64,000 nucleotides of DNA from Octopus sinensis (GCF_006345805.1 NC_043013.1:16182001-16246000), one strand, 5' to 3'. Numbered from the stretch's first letter, positions 40,719 to 54,147 are shown. Made by a program: numbers and translations. Notes: a model not told the origin generated them from the sequence alone.

Positions 40719-42009
40719 ATATGAAGTTGGCGAAAAAGTAATTGTAGCTTTTTCTTATTTTAAATTTACATGTTTATTTTGCAATAAAATATTACTTAAC
40801 TGTGTTCACATAATTTACCATTTTTAACCAAATAGTTTAGTCTATAAATTTATATGATTTATGATAACACTATTTAAGAAATTTTTCTACTTTCCAAAAA
40901 GCTAAAAGTGAAACATTGGCAATTAGTAACTTTTTGAAAGTGATGAGATGATAGGTGGTTGTTTGGGAAGGTAATTTTAGGGTTTGTTTAAGAAAAAAGG
41001 AAGAAGATTCGTACTCCCTGTTTTTTTTTCTCTCTGTGAATTACCAAGTAAAAATTTGGAAAAAAGTAAAAAATGAAGAAATTAGGGTGGGGAGGGAAAA
41101 AAGTAAAAGATTGAGAACGTGTTTTTTGGGCGAAATCCTAATCTCCTGTATCGAAAACATAGGAATCGGAAGAAATTTAGGAAAAATATAAGGGGCGGAG
41201 GCGCAAATGTCACCGCAGATATGCTAGAAACGACAGGTAAAGGACAGGATTTCCGGGAAAACTTCCTTTTAAGTTTATATCGAAGATCAGGTTTTTAAAT
41301 ATGCCCATCGTAAATACAAATTACAGAATGGAAAAAAAAGGCATTTCAATTGGATTTGAGCTGTAATTTTGCGCGCGCACACAGCAAGAGATAACATAAT
41401 TCGTACAGAAGCTTTACCTAGTGTGTGTGTGTGTGTGTGTAAGCATGTGCGTCCCAAAGGAAGTTATTTTATGGCATTCTTTGGTTTGAAGCAGCAAAGT
41501 TGTCAACTCGATCTTACGGTTGATCATATGGGATCATGTGATTGTTCGTTAATTTCCGTAATTTTTTTAATTTCTTTATGTTTTGAAGAGAGCAGAGAAG
41601 AGAAAGTGAAAAGGTGATATTTGCTTTGAAGTGAGAAAAGAAAATGAAAGATGTACGTACGTTATATAAAATGGTCGTGTGTGTGCGCGCGTGCGAGTGT
41701 GCGAGTGCATGAGAGAGAGAGTGAGGGAGTGAGTGAAGGTGTGAGTTGTCATTCTATATTTTTTGTATGCATGTGTAAGTGGCACTCGCTCTCTCTCTCG
41801 CTCTCTCTCCCCCTCTCTCTCTCCCTCTCTTCCCCTCTCTCCCCCTCTCTCTCCCCCTCTCCCCTCTCTCTCTCCCCTTCTATCTCCCTATTTCTCTCTC
41901 TCTCTCACAGACACACAAATACACACACATGCACATTATGTTTCATATACATGTGCGTATGTATGTGAGAGAGAGTGAATGATTGTATTTCCTCATAACA
42001 CATATAGAA

Positions 42010-42898
42010 GGGGTGTCTTATAATGAAATATTTTTGGTTGTGGCTTATTTTGATACAATATTTATGTGTACATTTTCATAAATATTTTTCTGAGTAGAAT
42101 TCAACGCATGCGTTGAAATATTGCCCGAAAATAACCTCAAAATTGTGCGACACCACTTCGTTTCCGAGGATATTTTAGTACTTGTACTAAAAACATAGTT
42201 TATTTGGTAACCTTTATATTGGGTCTTCCCATAAATAATGCAATTTTTTTGCACGTCATTTATTTTGGTGGGTAGTGCATCGTTTCCCATTCAAACTTCT
42301 CCAGCTTTTGGAATGTCATTTTCGTTGTATGTGGCCGAGCATTATCCTGGAGGAAGAACTATTTTCGTCTTGAAACCAAAGATGGTAGTTTTTCTTCTAG
42401 CGCTGACTTAAATGACTGGTTGAACGACCAAATTCAAACTTCTCTGCTTGTTCCTCAACAGTTACGATAGGATTTTGTTCCACCAGGATTTGCAAGATGT
42501 CCTTGTCGTGCTCTACAGATCTTCTAGGATGAGACTCGTCTTCTAGGCTGTAGTTTCCGGCTTGGAATTTCTGGAACTACAGTTCACACTGGCTTACGCT
42601 TATTGTCCGATCCCCATATACTCCATTAATATTCTTTTCACTTTCCGTTGCGCTGTTGTCTTTATAGAACTCATAAAGCAAAATATGCCGAATATATTCC
42701 TTTGTCACTTCCATTATAGCTTTGAAAAAATAACTGTTAAAATCGAACTGCACTCTTCAAAACTTGCACTAAGAATAAGGACAGGGTAAAATCATTACCT
42801 ACTTTTCTAGCAAGTTGATGCAGGTAGTTTATCCCGTCCCCCTTCGACTTTTAGTTCATGCAATTGAAAAAAACGATTTATTTATGGGATGACCCGAT
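42010..42898 (-). mobile_element. Decayed mariner-like transposon
   Basis: Minus-strand FFLQDNARPHTTKMTFQKLEKFEWETMHYPP; TIR-like TATCGGGTCATCCC at the right end. Confidence 0.7.
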
Positions 42899-42900
42899 AT

Positions 42901-43015
<115 letters not shown>

Positions 43016-43034
43016 GCAGATTTCTATATCATAG

Positions 43035-44207
43035 TACAGGTGTGACTAATCCCAGAGAAGCATTACTTTCATTATTCTACACATTGTTACTCTCCTGATG
43101 CCACAACTTGTAATTTTGGTTCAAATTGAAAGTGAGAAACTATTTTCACTTTCTAATGGAACCTGGCCGTTTTAGAGCAGTGTCCTTCAAATAACTATAG
43201 CCGGTTGTCGAGATAACGTAGAAAATATGTAAATATGAAATCGGACCCGATTTCAGAATTATTCCGCGCCGGCAAAAGTGCTGGGGACTTTGTTAGAGCC
43301 ACAAAGTATGTCAAATCTACCGTTTTTTATGGTTGTAGCCAGTTTGAAGAAAAATCGGGATCTTCAGAGAAAGCCTCACAGTCCTCGCAGTGATCGGAAA
43401 CGTACACCTCGCTTCTTGGCAGATCGACTGAATCGAACCCCAAATCATTTGAGCTGAAAGAAGTTTCAAACTTTTTAGTCGTCTCAAATATCGTGGCGGA
43501 GACGTCTGCATCTTCGTGGATGAAAAGAAGTTCATGGTAGACAAAGTTGAGAACCATCAAAACTCACAAGTGGTAGCATACGACCCTTCCCAAGTTCTTT
43601 CAGCTATGCATAGCAAGAATCCAGCTTCTATTATGATCTTTGAAGTTGTTGCAAGCGATCGGAAACTGATGCCGCCTTATTTTATTAAAGTGGGTCTTAA
43701 AACCAACACAACAGGGTATCTTAATCTTAGAAGTTTGTTGCCTTGGATTAGGAAGCATTATAATGCAAGTCGAGTCATGTTTGTATAGTACTCCGCATCC
43801 GCCCATTCTTCGAAAACAGTGCAAGAATTTTGAAGAAGGAATTTCCCGTGTTTGTTCCTAAGGATGTCTGGCCCTCTAACTCGCCAGATTTGGATCCGTG
43901 TGATTTTTGGCTATGGATTGCAATTGAAGCAACATCCAACGCAACTTCTCACTTTTGTGTGTCTTCACCAAAGGCTTCGATCAAGCGAGCGTTCGGTAAA
44001 ACGAAAAAGAAAGAGATGGCTAAGGTAAGGGTATCATTTCGTAAATGGATTGAACTGGTAAAGAAAGCAAATGGCGGTCGCATGGAACTGAAATGAGGGC
44101 TAAACACTCCAGAATGAATTGGCATAAGCATAAAATGTCTAGTGTTTGATTTATACTAATTAGAATAAAGATATTTAAATGGTCCCAATTTATCTGTTAC
44201 ACCCTCT
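43035..44207 (+). mobile_element. Near full-length decayed DD37D (maT) transposon
   Basis: DEKKFMVD..KNPASIMIF.VVASD.KLMPP..VWPSNSPDLDPCDFWLW, with 37-residue spacing from the mutated second D. Degenerate TIRs TACAGGTGTGAC and GTTACACCCT. Confidence 0.85.
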
Positions 44208-44218
44208 GTGTGTGTGTA

Positions 44219-44273
<55 letters not shown>

Positions 44274-44776
44274 ACATATATGCTCAAACGGGGCAGTCTG
44301 TTGGAACAAGTACCCTTCACAGTCAATTTTTGTCAGCGTTGCTCGTCTGTTTGCTAACGTTCAGTCTCTCTTGCATACGGAATGGTCCTTTACAAATTTA
44401 CAAATTTACAGGTGTTCGGGTGTTTAGATTAAATCAGGCTGCATAGTTCTTTTAAGAATAAATACCAAACTAGTATTTATTTTGATGCCTTCGTAATTTT
44501 GATATCTTCGTATTTAAAATGTTGTCGTTTGGTTATGACGAAGTATTTCTTTTCACTAAAGAAGATTCATGGAAATTTTTGTTGCTGAAGTTTAGGATGA
44601 ATTAAGTGATATTAACATTTGCAATATTTTGTTCTTTCAAATACCATACAGAGCTTGACAATGCGATGGTGTTGCTTTGTTTCATGTGAACTTATGGTTT
44701 TAAGTTCAGTCTTTTGGGGCCTTAAACCGTAACTCAATAAAATTATTGTTTTTATTTTCATAAATATTTTCATAAA

Positions 44777-44942
44777 GGCGCAGGAGTGGCTGTGTGGTAA
44801 GTAGCTTGTTTACCAACCACATGGTTCCGGGTTCAGTCCCACTGCGTGGCACCTTGGGCAAGAGTCTTCTACTATAGCCTCGGGCCGACCAAAGCCTTGT
44901 GAGTGGATTTGGTAGACGGAAACTGAAAAGAAGTCCGTCGTA

Positions 44943-44973
<31 letters not shown>

Positions 44974-45357
44974 GGGAGCACTCCGTCGGTTACGACGACG
45001 AGGGTTCCGGTTGTTCCGATCAACGGAACAGCTTGCACGTGAAATTAATGTGTAAGTGGCTGAGCACTCCACAGACACGTGTACCCTTAACGTAGTTCTC
45101 GGGGATATTCAGCCTGACACAGAGAGTGACAAGGCCGGCCCTTTGAAAATACAGGTACAACAGAAACAGGAAGAAAGAGTGAGAGAAAGTTGTGGTGAAA
45201 GAGTACAGCAGGGATCACCACCATCCCCTGCCGGAGCATCGTGGAGCTTTAGGTGTTTTCGCTCAATAAACACTCACAAAGATTCCCGGTCTGGGAATCG
45301 AAACCGCGATCCTACGACCGCGTGTCCGCTGCCCTAACCACTGGGCCATTGCGCCTC

Positions 45358-45410
<53 letters not shown>

Positions 45411-45632
45411 ATATGCGTGTGTGTGTTTGTGTGTCTGTGTTTGTCCTCCTAGCATTGCTTGACAACCGATGCTGGTATGTTTATGTCCCCGTTACTTAAC
45501 GGTTCGGTAAAAGAGACCGATAGAATAAGTACTGGGCTTACAAAAGAATAAGTCCCGGGGTCGAGTTGCTTGATTAAAGGCGGTGCTCCAGCATGGCCGC
45601 AGTCAAACGACTGAAACAAGTAACAGAGTAAA
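44777..45632 (+). mobile_element. SINE family B interrupted in its central (TA)n by an antisense family D SINE
   Basis: Head 44777-44945, tail about 45415-45632. Confidence 0.8.
44977..45358 (-). mobile_element. Full-length SINE family D
   Basis: A box TGGCCCAGTGG and B box GGTTTCGATTCC, core and a long tail, flanked by (TA)n. Confidence 0.85.
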
Positions 45633-46914
45633 TTGCCAAAATGTCATAGCACTTTATTCTGACAATTCCAGTTACGTCCTTTGTTGTCCAAATTGACGGA
45701 TTTTAGAGATAAATGGCAAAAGAAATGTTTTCCAGGGTTATAGGGCTTATTAAATGATTTAGCACACCACACCACCTGCGGTGATGCTCCTCATATTCGT
45801 CAAGCAACTATAGCTTACTTTTAACTTTAGCCGACTAAATACTTTATAATATTTCTGTCTTGTGGAGAAATATTTCTGAATCGGGCTTAGTTCTTGCCAA
45901 TATTGAGTTTCACATTGAAGATGGATGGGAGGTTGAATTAGATTATATTACTTGCATGGTAATATTTGTTTACTTTATTCAGGCAATAAAACAGCTACTA
46001 TTCACTACTACAACCTCTACTGCCACTGCTACTATTATAACCCCCGCCGCTATCATCCCCACTAGCAACACTAACAACAACAACAATAACAACAGCAAAA
46101 ATCATTTCGTCTTTACTTTCACTCTCTGTTTCTACCTCCATCTTTCCAATATTCTCTTTCTCTCTCTCTTTTGCTCTTTCTTCTTCTCTCTCTCTCTTCC
46201 GTTCTCTCTTTCTCTCTCTTTTGCTCTTTCTTCCACTCTCTTCCGTTCTCTCTTTCTCTCTCTTCCCGTCTCTTTCCTCTTACGCCTACCTTTCCTCTCT
46301 GATTTTTTTTCGTTCATTCTTTGTCCTCATGTTTATTGAAGTTTTTTTTCAATTTTTTTTACGGACTTTCTTTTGCTGTCTTTGTTTCTCTTTCTTTTAC
46401 TTTCTTTCTCTCTTTTCACTTTCTTCCTATTTTTTCACTTTCTTCTTTTCTTTCTTTCTTTCTTTCTCTTCTATTTCTTTACTCATTCCTCTCTTTTCTT
46501 TTCGTTTAATTTCATTTGTTTTATAATCCCTATTCATTCTTATTCCGACAATATTGCCTTCCGTAGATTCTTCTTCTTCTTCTTCTTCTTCTTCTTCTTC
46601 TTCTTCTTCTACTTCTTCTTCTTCAAATTAATTTCCTTAATTCATTTCTCTTCCTTTGCCTTTGTCTTCATTCATTTATTTCCTTCTTTTTCTTTCTGTT
46701 CCCCTTTTCCCCTTTGTTAATAATCCCGTATGCCCCCTTTTCATTTCCTTTCTCTCATCCTTTATTTCTTATAATATTTATCTATTTCTTCTCTTCTTCC
46801 TTTCCTTTTTATCTTCAGTGCTGCTGCTGCTGCTGCTGCTGCTGCGCTGCTGCTGCTGCTGCTGCTGTTGTTGTTGTTGTTGTTAAGAAAGAAATCTGGC
46901 AAAACTGTCTGAAC

Positions 46915-47095
46915 GTCGGGCAAAATGCTTAGCAATGTTTCTGGCCGCTCTTTCAGTTCTGAGTTCAAATACCGCCGAGGTCAATTTTGCCTTACATCTG
47001 TTCGGGGTCGATAAAAGAAAGTACTCATCAAGTACTGGGTCGATCGTATCGACTAATCTCCTTCCCCAAATTTCAGGCCTTGTACTTCAATTAAA
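46915..47095 (+). mobile_element. SINE family A variant
   Basis: GAGTTCAAATACCGCCGAGGTC..GGGGTCGATAAAAG..GGCCTTGTAC. Confidence 0.7.
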
Positions 47096-47269
47096 ACGAA
47101 GTTATCATCATCATCATCATCATCATCATCATTATTATTATTATTACTATTATTATTATTATTATATTATTATCATTATCATTATTATTATTATTATTCT
47201 GTAGTCTTTTCTTTTCGCTTACTATTTTTGTGTTCCTCCGCCATCCACACAGCTTTCTCCTCCAGCTAA

Positions 47270-47310
<41 letters not shown>

Positions 47311-48130
47311 TCTCTCTCCCTCTCTCCCTCTCTCTTTCTCCCTCTCTCTCTTTCTCTCTTTCTCCCCCCCTCTCTCTCTCTCCCTCCCTCCAGCAGACGA
47401 CATCTCACCACTTATTGTAACAAATACAGAACCAGTTACATCATCAATAAATGTAATACAAGTAAAAAAAAAAAAAAAAAGAGAACTTTCTTTGTATTTT
47501 TATCTTCGCTTTGTAGTCTTTATTCACTTATTCCGTCTTTTGTTTTTCGCTAATGAAAAACGCTTCCAAAGTTCGATTTCCACTGAACAAACTAATTACA
47601 ACCGTCCTCGATTTACACAGCACTCGCTCCAAATGATTCTATTTTAACACAGTGTTAGGTTTTTATTGTGTTTTTTGTTTGCTTTTTTGTTTGTTTCCTT
47701 TTTCGTCTACAGAAACGCTCCGTCGTCGTTCCATTTCTTTGATAGTTTGTTCGATCACATTGGAAACGAACGGTTCAGTGAATCATATTTTTTTTCAATA
47801 TTTCGTTAAATATTTTTGAGATTATATAACAGAGTTCCAAATGTCATAAAAGTTGATTTCTCAGGAAATGAATTATAGTATATTAAGCATCTTCGAAATG
47901 GATAAATATTCTTTGTTTATGGGTTAACAACGCTGCCCAAACTTTCATGTAGAGAAAGTACAGCAGCATCGGGTGTCAAACGATGGTGGGGGGAGGGGGT
48001 TCAAACACGCGCGCGCGCGTATGTATGTGTGTGTGTGTGTAGTGTATATATATATATATATATAATATATATATATATTATATATATATATATATTATAT
48101 ACATATATATATACATATAAGTAATGTGTG

Positions 48131-48164
<34 letters not shown>

Positions 48165-48299
48165 ATAATTTAAATTTTGAATTTTATATTTTATATATTT
48201 TGTATATTATATTAATTTTATTTCTATGTATTGGCTTATGTTTTTCACTGTTTGATTTGCCTAATAGTGGTTTTATTTCTAATTTAATATATATATGTT

Positions 48300-48499
48300 G
48301 ATTCGCTAGCTTCTGCACGCATTTTTTTTCTCTCCTTGTTTCTCTCCGTGTTTCTTTTCTGTGTATCTTTCTGTTGAAGAGCGTAGGCTCGAAACGTAAA
48401 AGACTTGTTTTATTTATATTCCTGAGCGCCATACTAATACAATTGTTTGTTTGTATTCCACCTGCCTTCGTCTTTTGTTTATTTTCATAAAGCTTCCCG

Positions 48500-48500
<1 letters not shown>
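48300..48500 (+). mobile_element. Penelope-like terminal remnant with hammerhead-like motif
   Basis: 48367-48402 CTTT-CTGTTGA-AGAG-CGTAGG-CTC-GAAAC-GTA-AAAG; ends in (TA)n. Confidence 0.6.
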
Positions 48501-48533
<33 letters not shown>

Positions 48534-48618
48534 AGTTTGTTAAATGGAGAGAGAATGAAGAAAAACGGAGAGAGAAAAATGTGCAGAGTTCAACGGTCCA
48601 ACATATATACACACAGAA

Positions 48619-48673
<55 letters not shown>

Positions 48674-49133
48674 CACACACACACACACACACACAGAGCT
48701 TCCTCTCTTCAGCAAGCGCGCTTAGAATGTTCTTTTACCGCTTGCTTACGTCGGTCCACTTTGCAACACTCAGCCAACACTCAGCGGGTAGGCGTGTCTG
48801 ATGTACCTCTTTCTGAGGTAACCCATATGTCAGATAAGGTGCATCTGATGACGCTTTGAGTCTAAAGACTGTGAAGACTCTGAGGTGCATCTGCTAGCAG
48901 GCTCCCCGAAAGAAATTGTGCAAGGTGGAAAGGTATTGCGCCCGGCCCGTCTCTGAGAAGAGTTGCGGTGGTCAGGGAGGGCTTTCCCCACCCCACATGA
49001 TGCCTTTGCTGGACCTCCGGGATAATCTTTGGACAGGTATACCGACTGACTCGCGACTACCCCACCACCATCACCACCACCACCACCTCTCAGCCCGTCC
49101 CAAAGGACGAAGACCGGTGTGTATGTATGTACG

Positions 49134-49166
<33 letters not shown>

Positions 49167-49172
<6 letters not shown>

Positions 49173-49370
49173 ACCGACCAGACCATTAGATGTTGCTACA
49201 CATCGCTGGTCACAATGCGTTCGCATTGTTTTAGCCTTCGAATGACGCCACCCCGCTGGCTAAGCGAGCAGCAAACAGAAGAAAGTGTGAGAGAAAGAGT
49301 GGTGAAAGAGTACAGCAGGGATCACCGCCCCCCCCCCTGCCCTAGCCACGTGGAGCTTTTAGGTGTTTTC
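49167..49370 (-). mobile_element. SINE family D core with a different 3' tail
   Basis: Core GAAAACACCTAAAAGCTCCACG..CTGCTGTACTCTTTCACC, followed by a tail unrelated to that of 44977. Confidence 0.65.
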
Positions 49371-49404
49371 TACTAACTTTTAGGTGTTTTAACTAACTCT
49401 AACT

Positions 49405-49535
49405 CTTAATCCTTTCCGTCGAAGAGCGTAGGCTCGAAATGTAAAAGACTTTCCCCATTCTTCCCGAGCGTTAAACTAACACACCTGCTTCTTCTACTTC
49501 CTACACCTGTCTTCGTCTTTTGGTAAACTTGAAAT
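49405..49535 (+). mobile_element. Penelope-like terminal remnant with hammerhead-like motif
   Basis: 49412-49447 CTTT-CCGTCGA-AGAG-CGTAGG-CTC-GAAAT-GTA-AAAG. Confidence 0.55.
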
Positions 49536-49829
49536 TCACAGGAGTCCTTTTTTGCTGGGTCTCCGGGATAATCTTTGGACAGGTATACTGACCGACTTGT
49601 CACTACCCCATCACTATCATCAGTACCACCGCCACCACCTCGCATAGCCCGTCCCTAATCGTCAGTGCATGTATCGGTCACAATAGCGTCCCAGACCTGA
49701 TCGTAGATTAAATCCCACAATTAAAGTTTTATATCGATGCACCCTGCTTCTATCATGTTGCACCGTCTACAGTGGACTGCTGCGGCAAACTTCATCCTTA
49801 CGTTGGCTGTTTACTGACCGCTGGTACTT

Positions 49830-49843
49830 TGTTAACTACTACA

Positions 49844-49883
<40 letters not shown>

Positions 49884-49970
49884 GTAGTAGTAGTAGTAGT
49901 AGTAGTAGTGATGGTGGTGGTGGTGGTGATGGTAGTAGTGGTGGTAGCAGCAGCAGCAGTGATGATAGTT

Positions 49971-50003
<33 letters not shown>

Positions 50004-50115
50004 ATAGCAGTAGTAGTAGCAGCAGCAATAGCAACAGCAGTGATGGTAGTAGTAGTAGTAGTAGTAGTAGTAGCAGCAGCAGTGATGATAGTAGTAGTAG
50101 TAGCAGCAGTGATGA

Positions 50116-50154
<39 letters not shown>

Positions 50155-50420
50155 CAGCAGCAGCAGCGATGGTAGTAGTAGCAGCAGTAGCAGCAGTAGC
50201 AGCGATGGTAGTTGTTGTAGTAGTAGTAGTAGTAGTAGTAGTAGCAGCAGCAGCAGCGATGGTAGTAGTAGCAGCAGTAGCAGCAGTAGCAGCGATGGTA
50301 GTTGTTGTAGTAGTAGTAGTAGTAGTAGCAGCAGCAGTAGCGATGGTAGTTGTAGTAGTAGCAGCAACGATGATAGTTGTCGTAGTAGTAGTAATAGTAG
50401 TAATAGTAGTAGTAATCATT
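49830..50420 (+). repeat. Compound (ACT)n/(TAG/CAG/GAT)n trinucleotide repeat with internal higher-order duplication
   Basis: Direct inspection; AGCGATGGTAGTAGTAGCAGCAGTAGCAGCAGTAGCAGCGATGGTAGTTGTTG occurs twice. Confidence 0.9.
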
Positions 50421-50920
50421 CAACCTCGAGTGGTCTCCTCTGTCCGAGCATCACTCACTGCCATGGCCAATGACCGCTCTGTCTAATCTACGTGTATCTA
50501 GTCTCGCATGGTCCAATGTGTCCTTTCGTTATTTAAAAAAGGTAGAGCGTAACATATGTAAGGGAATTCAACTGCTATTTCTAACAGGTTTGACGATCGT
50601 GTAGAAGCCAGTCACACTTCGAGGGGAGGTTCAGAGGTTTTGGTGGTGGTGGTGGTGGTGGTGGTGGTGATGGTGGACGACGAGGTGGACTTGGAAGAGA
50701 GGGACGTTTTCGGTACATCTGCACCCATCGCAACTGGCGCGTCTCCAGAAATATGGTGGAATTGTCGTTTCTGTTGCTGCTGCTGCTGCTGGTGGTGGTG
50801 GTGGAGGTGGCAGTCGTCGTTGTTGTCATGGTAGCTGTAGAGGTAATAGGGGTGGTAGTAGTGACGGTGGTGGTGTCGTTGTTCACGCCTTTGTTGTTAT
50901 TGATGTTGACGTTGTCGTTG

Positions 50921-51200
50921 GGTACTACTTGAGAAGAGTGGTCCCGGTGCGCGCACTCGCGTACTCGCGCATCCGCGCTAGCTAGTGGTGACTAGTCGAT
51001 CCTACAACGACGACTGGATACCTAGCAAAGTAAATAAAACACAAAATAAATATTTTTTTTACACAAAGTAAATAATTTTTTTAAAGCAAAGTAAATAAAA
51101 CACAAAAACACAAAGTAAGGATCGACTAGTCACAACTAGCTAGCGCGGATGCGCGACTACGCGAGTGCGCGCACCGGGACCACTCTTCTTAAGTAGTACC
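50921..51200. mobile_element. 280-bp MITE with about 83-bp TIRs and 9-bp TSD (Mutator- or Merlin-like)
   Basis: TIRs 50921-51003 and 51118-51200 differ at about 3 positions; GG..CC termini; flanks TTGTCGTTG and TTGTCATTG. Confidence 0.85.
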
Positions 51201-52264
51201 TTGTCATTGCTGTGGTTGAGGTTTGTATTATCGTATTGGTGTTGGTGAACTGGCAGAATCGCCAACGCGTCGAACAAAAATGCTCAATGGCATTTCGTCT
51301 GGCTCTTTACTACATTCTGAGTTCAAATCCTGCTGAGGTCAACTTTGCCTTTCGTTCTTTTGGCATCGATCAGATAAAGTACCAGTCAAGTCGATTTATC
51401 TTGTACCAAAATTTCAGACAATCATATTGTTGTTGTTGCTGGTGTTATTTGTGGTGGTAGTGTATGTCATGAAGTTTCAACAATCGTTTGACAGATTAAA
51501 TTTTAATTTTACAACCACTCATTCAATTAATCATTTATCCAGTCATTCACTAACACATCTATTCGCTCATTCATTAACAACAATGGAAATGGATTTCAAG
51601 CACTAGGGTACGCTAAAGTCCATGAGACTGAGTATGGGATGAAGGTGGGGAGTTAAACTCTATAAACGCCCCCATTAATTGAAAAGAACGGAAACACTAT
51701 CCCATGCGTGTCCCCTACTTCAGCTACTGTTTACACCTTCATTCATTTAATTATTCATTCATATAAATCTATAAATCTTCGCTTATATTTTTATTCAGTC
51801 ATTCGACCTTTCTTTAATCTGTGTTTCTCTCTTCCTCTCTCTCTCTCTCTCTCTTCCTTTGTATTTTATATCCATTCACCATCACCACACACCCCTTAGT
51901 CGTTTCAGACCCCATTACAACTGCCACTACAATCACACTGCTACAACTACCACTGTCATACTGCCGCCACTACAACCATCACAATACTCTACCCCACAAA
52001 ACCATTATAACCACCACCACCACCAATTCTATATCCATCAGAGCAACCAACATAACTAGCACAGCAACCATTACCATAGCCATCATTGCACCACCCCTAC
52101 AACTGCCAATACCACCACTACTACAACCCCATTACAGCTACCACCTCACTATAACCAACACCACTACTATTTCTATGACCAACAGTTCAACTGCTACAAC
52201 TAAAACAAACAATTACTACAACAAAAACCACCGACACTACAGCCACTGTGCACCACCAACTACA

Positions 52265-52695
52265 GGAGGTGCAATGGCCCAGTGTGAGGTATAAGAATAT
52301 CCTAAGCGCACTTGCAGAGAGGAAGTTGTGTGCGTGTGTGTTTCTCTCTCTCTCTCTCTCTCTCTCGCAGTCGGAGGATCGCGGTTTCGATTCCCAGACC
52401 GGGCGTTGTGTGTGTTTATTGAGCGAAAACACCTAAAGCTCCACGAGGCTCCAGCAGGGGATGGTGGTGACCCCTGTTGTACACTTTCGCCCCAACTTTC
52501 TCTCACTCTTTCTTCCTGTTTCTTGTCCCCGACTTCCTACGCAACCGCTGACCCTGGATATGCATTCATCCATCCGTCGATGCTCTCGGTGTCGGAGGTT
52601 GACCTGCTTTCTCTTCTGCAGGTCCTACGAATAGCAAAGGACCACGTTTCGGACTTCTCCCATCTTGCAAGCTCTGGGATGAAGACCGTTCACTC
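52265..52695 (+). mobile_element. SINE family D with a third tail type
   Basis: Interrupted head and core as in other D copies, then tail GTCCCCGACTTCCTACGCAACC..GATGAAGACCGTTCAC. Confidence 0.65.
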
Positions 52696-53062
52696 AACAG
52701 CAACAGCACCACCAACTACAATCACCAATACCACCACCACAATATAACCTAGCCACACTACATCAGTAACCGTCATTTCACCTGTTAACAAAGATCAAAT
52801 TTCCCCTTCATGATAATTAATGATTTTTCTGTGAAATTCTTAATTCATTGTAGTGAACCCCACTTTTCATTGAGAGTTACTAATAATTATTGCCAAATTT
52901 CTGCTTTCACTCACCAACTAAAATGCAATTTTAAATTCATTTTTTTTTTTAGCAAACACCATTCATCACCAACCTGAATGATCTAAATTATTGCTGTTGG
53001 TCTACTTCAGTTATTTCCCTTTAACTCTTTTTGTTTTTTTTTAAAGAAAAATAACTATTATA

Positions 53063-53224
53063 GGCACAAAAATGGCTGTGTGGTAAGTAGCTTGCTTACC
53101 AACCACATGGTTCCAGGTTTAGTCCAACTGCGTCGTACCTTGGGCAAGTGTTTTCTACTATAGTCTCAGGCCGACCAAAGCCTTGTGAGTGGATTTGGTA
53201 GACGGAAATTGAAGAAAGCCCGTC

Positions 53225-53270
<46 letters not shown>

Positions 53271-53480
53271 TTGTGTGTCTGTGTATGTTTGTCCCCACCC
53301 CCAACATCGCTTGACAACCGATGCTGGTGTGTTTACGTCCCATAACTTAGCAGTTCAGCAAAAAAAAGACCAATAGAATAAATTCTAGGCTTACAGAGAA
53401 TAAGTCCTGTGGTTGATTTGCTCAACTAAAGGCAATGCTCCAGCATGGCCGCAGTCAAATGACTGAAACATATAAAAAAT
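53063..53480 (+). mobile_element. Full-length SINE family B
   Basis: tRNA-like head, central (TA)n(TG)n, conserved tail. Confidence 0.85.
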
Positions 53481-53712
53481 GCAATAACTACCAGCCAGAA
53501 TTGTTTGTAATTCTTTTTACTTGTAAGATGAAAAGAAAATGCCCTCCCCATCCTTAGCCCCACCACAATCTTGCAGACTAAATCTAACTGTTGTTGCACT
53601 AATGAGGTTTAATAAGACTGAAATATGTCAGAAGCAATCAGTCATTTCCTTAACACTGGTCAGATTTCACCTTTAAGGAATATAATAATTAAATTTGAAA
53701 GCAGTGTCTTAA

Positions 53713-53787
53713 TTATGCGACATTAATTTCTCCTTTTCTTTGAGTTTCCTCAGCAACTCCCACTAGGCTTTTGTTCTCTTTCTCCAG
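53713..53787 (-). CDS. Candidate orphan terminal exon (75 nt incl. stop)
   Basis: Acceptor tttacttttaAG. Phase-0 frame LEKENKSLVGVAEETQRKGEINVA-stop, phase-compatible with the 55727-55770 exon. Confidence 0.3.
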   Translation of the reverse strand: MEKENKSLVGVAEETQRKGEINVA

Positions 53788-53811
53788 CTTAAAAGTAAAT
53801 TTCAATTCATT

Positions 53812-54147
53812 CATCATCATTTAACGACCGTTTTCCATGCTAGCATGGGTTGGACGGTTCGACCAGGGTCTGGAAGCCATGGAGGCTGCACCAGGATCTA
53901 GTCTGATTTGGCAGTGTTTCTACAGCTGGATGCCATTCCTAACACCAACCACTCTGTGAGTGTAGTGGGTGCTTTTTACGTGCCACCGGCACAGGGGCCA
54001 GAGGAGGCTGGCAATGGCCACGATCGGATGGTGCTCTTACGTGTCACCGACACGGACGCCAGTCAGGCGGCACTGGCATCTGCCATGTTCAGATGGTGCT
54101 TTTTACGTGTCACCGGCTTGGGTGTCTTAACTGCAATTTCCATTTGA
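53812..54147 (-). mobile_element. Family E element
   Basis: Reverse-complement match to 60790-61130. Confidence 0.8.

Noticed and set aside
40722-40900. Degenerate mariner-like TIR (GTTGGCGAAAAAGTAATTG)
   Set aside because: No matching second TIR or transposase remnant identified.
47393-47460. Possible plus-strand exon DDISPLIVTNTEPVTSSINVIQ
   Set aside because: The acceptor's pyrimidine tract is a (CT)n microsatellite, the donor is weak, and there is no partner exon.
48845-48885. CTGATGA motif as a hammerhead core
   Set aside because: No correctly placed GAAA or NUH, and no closing stems.
49772-50486. Poly-Ser, poly-Leu and poly-Thr ORFs in several frames
   Set aside because: Trinucleotide repeat open in most frames, with no unique flanking domain.
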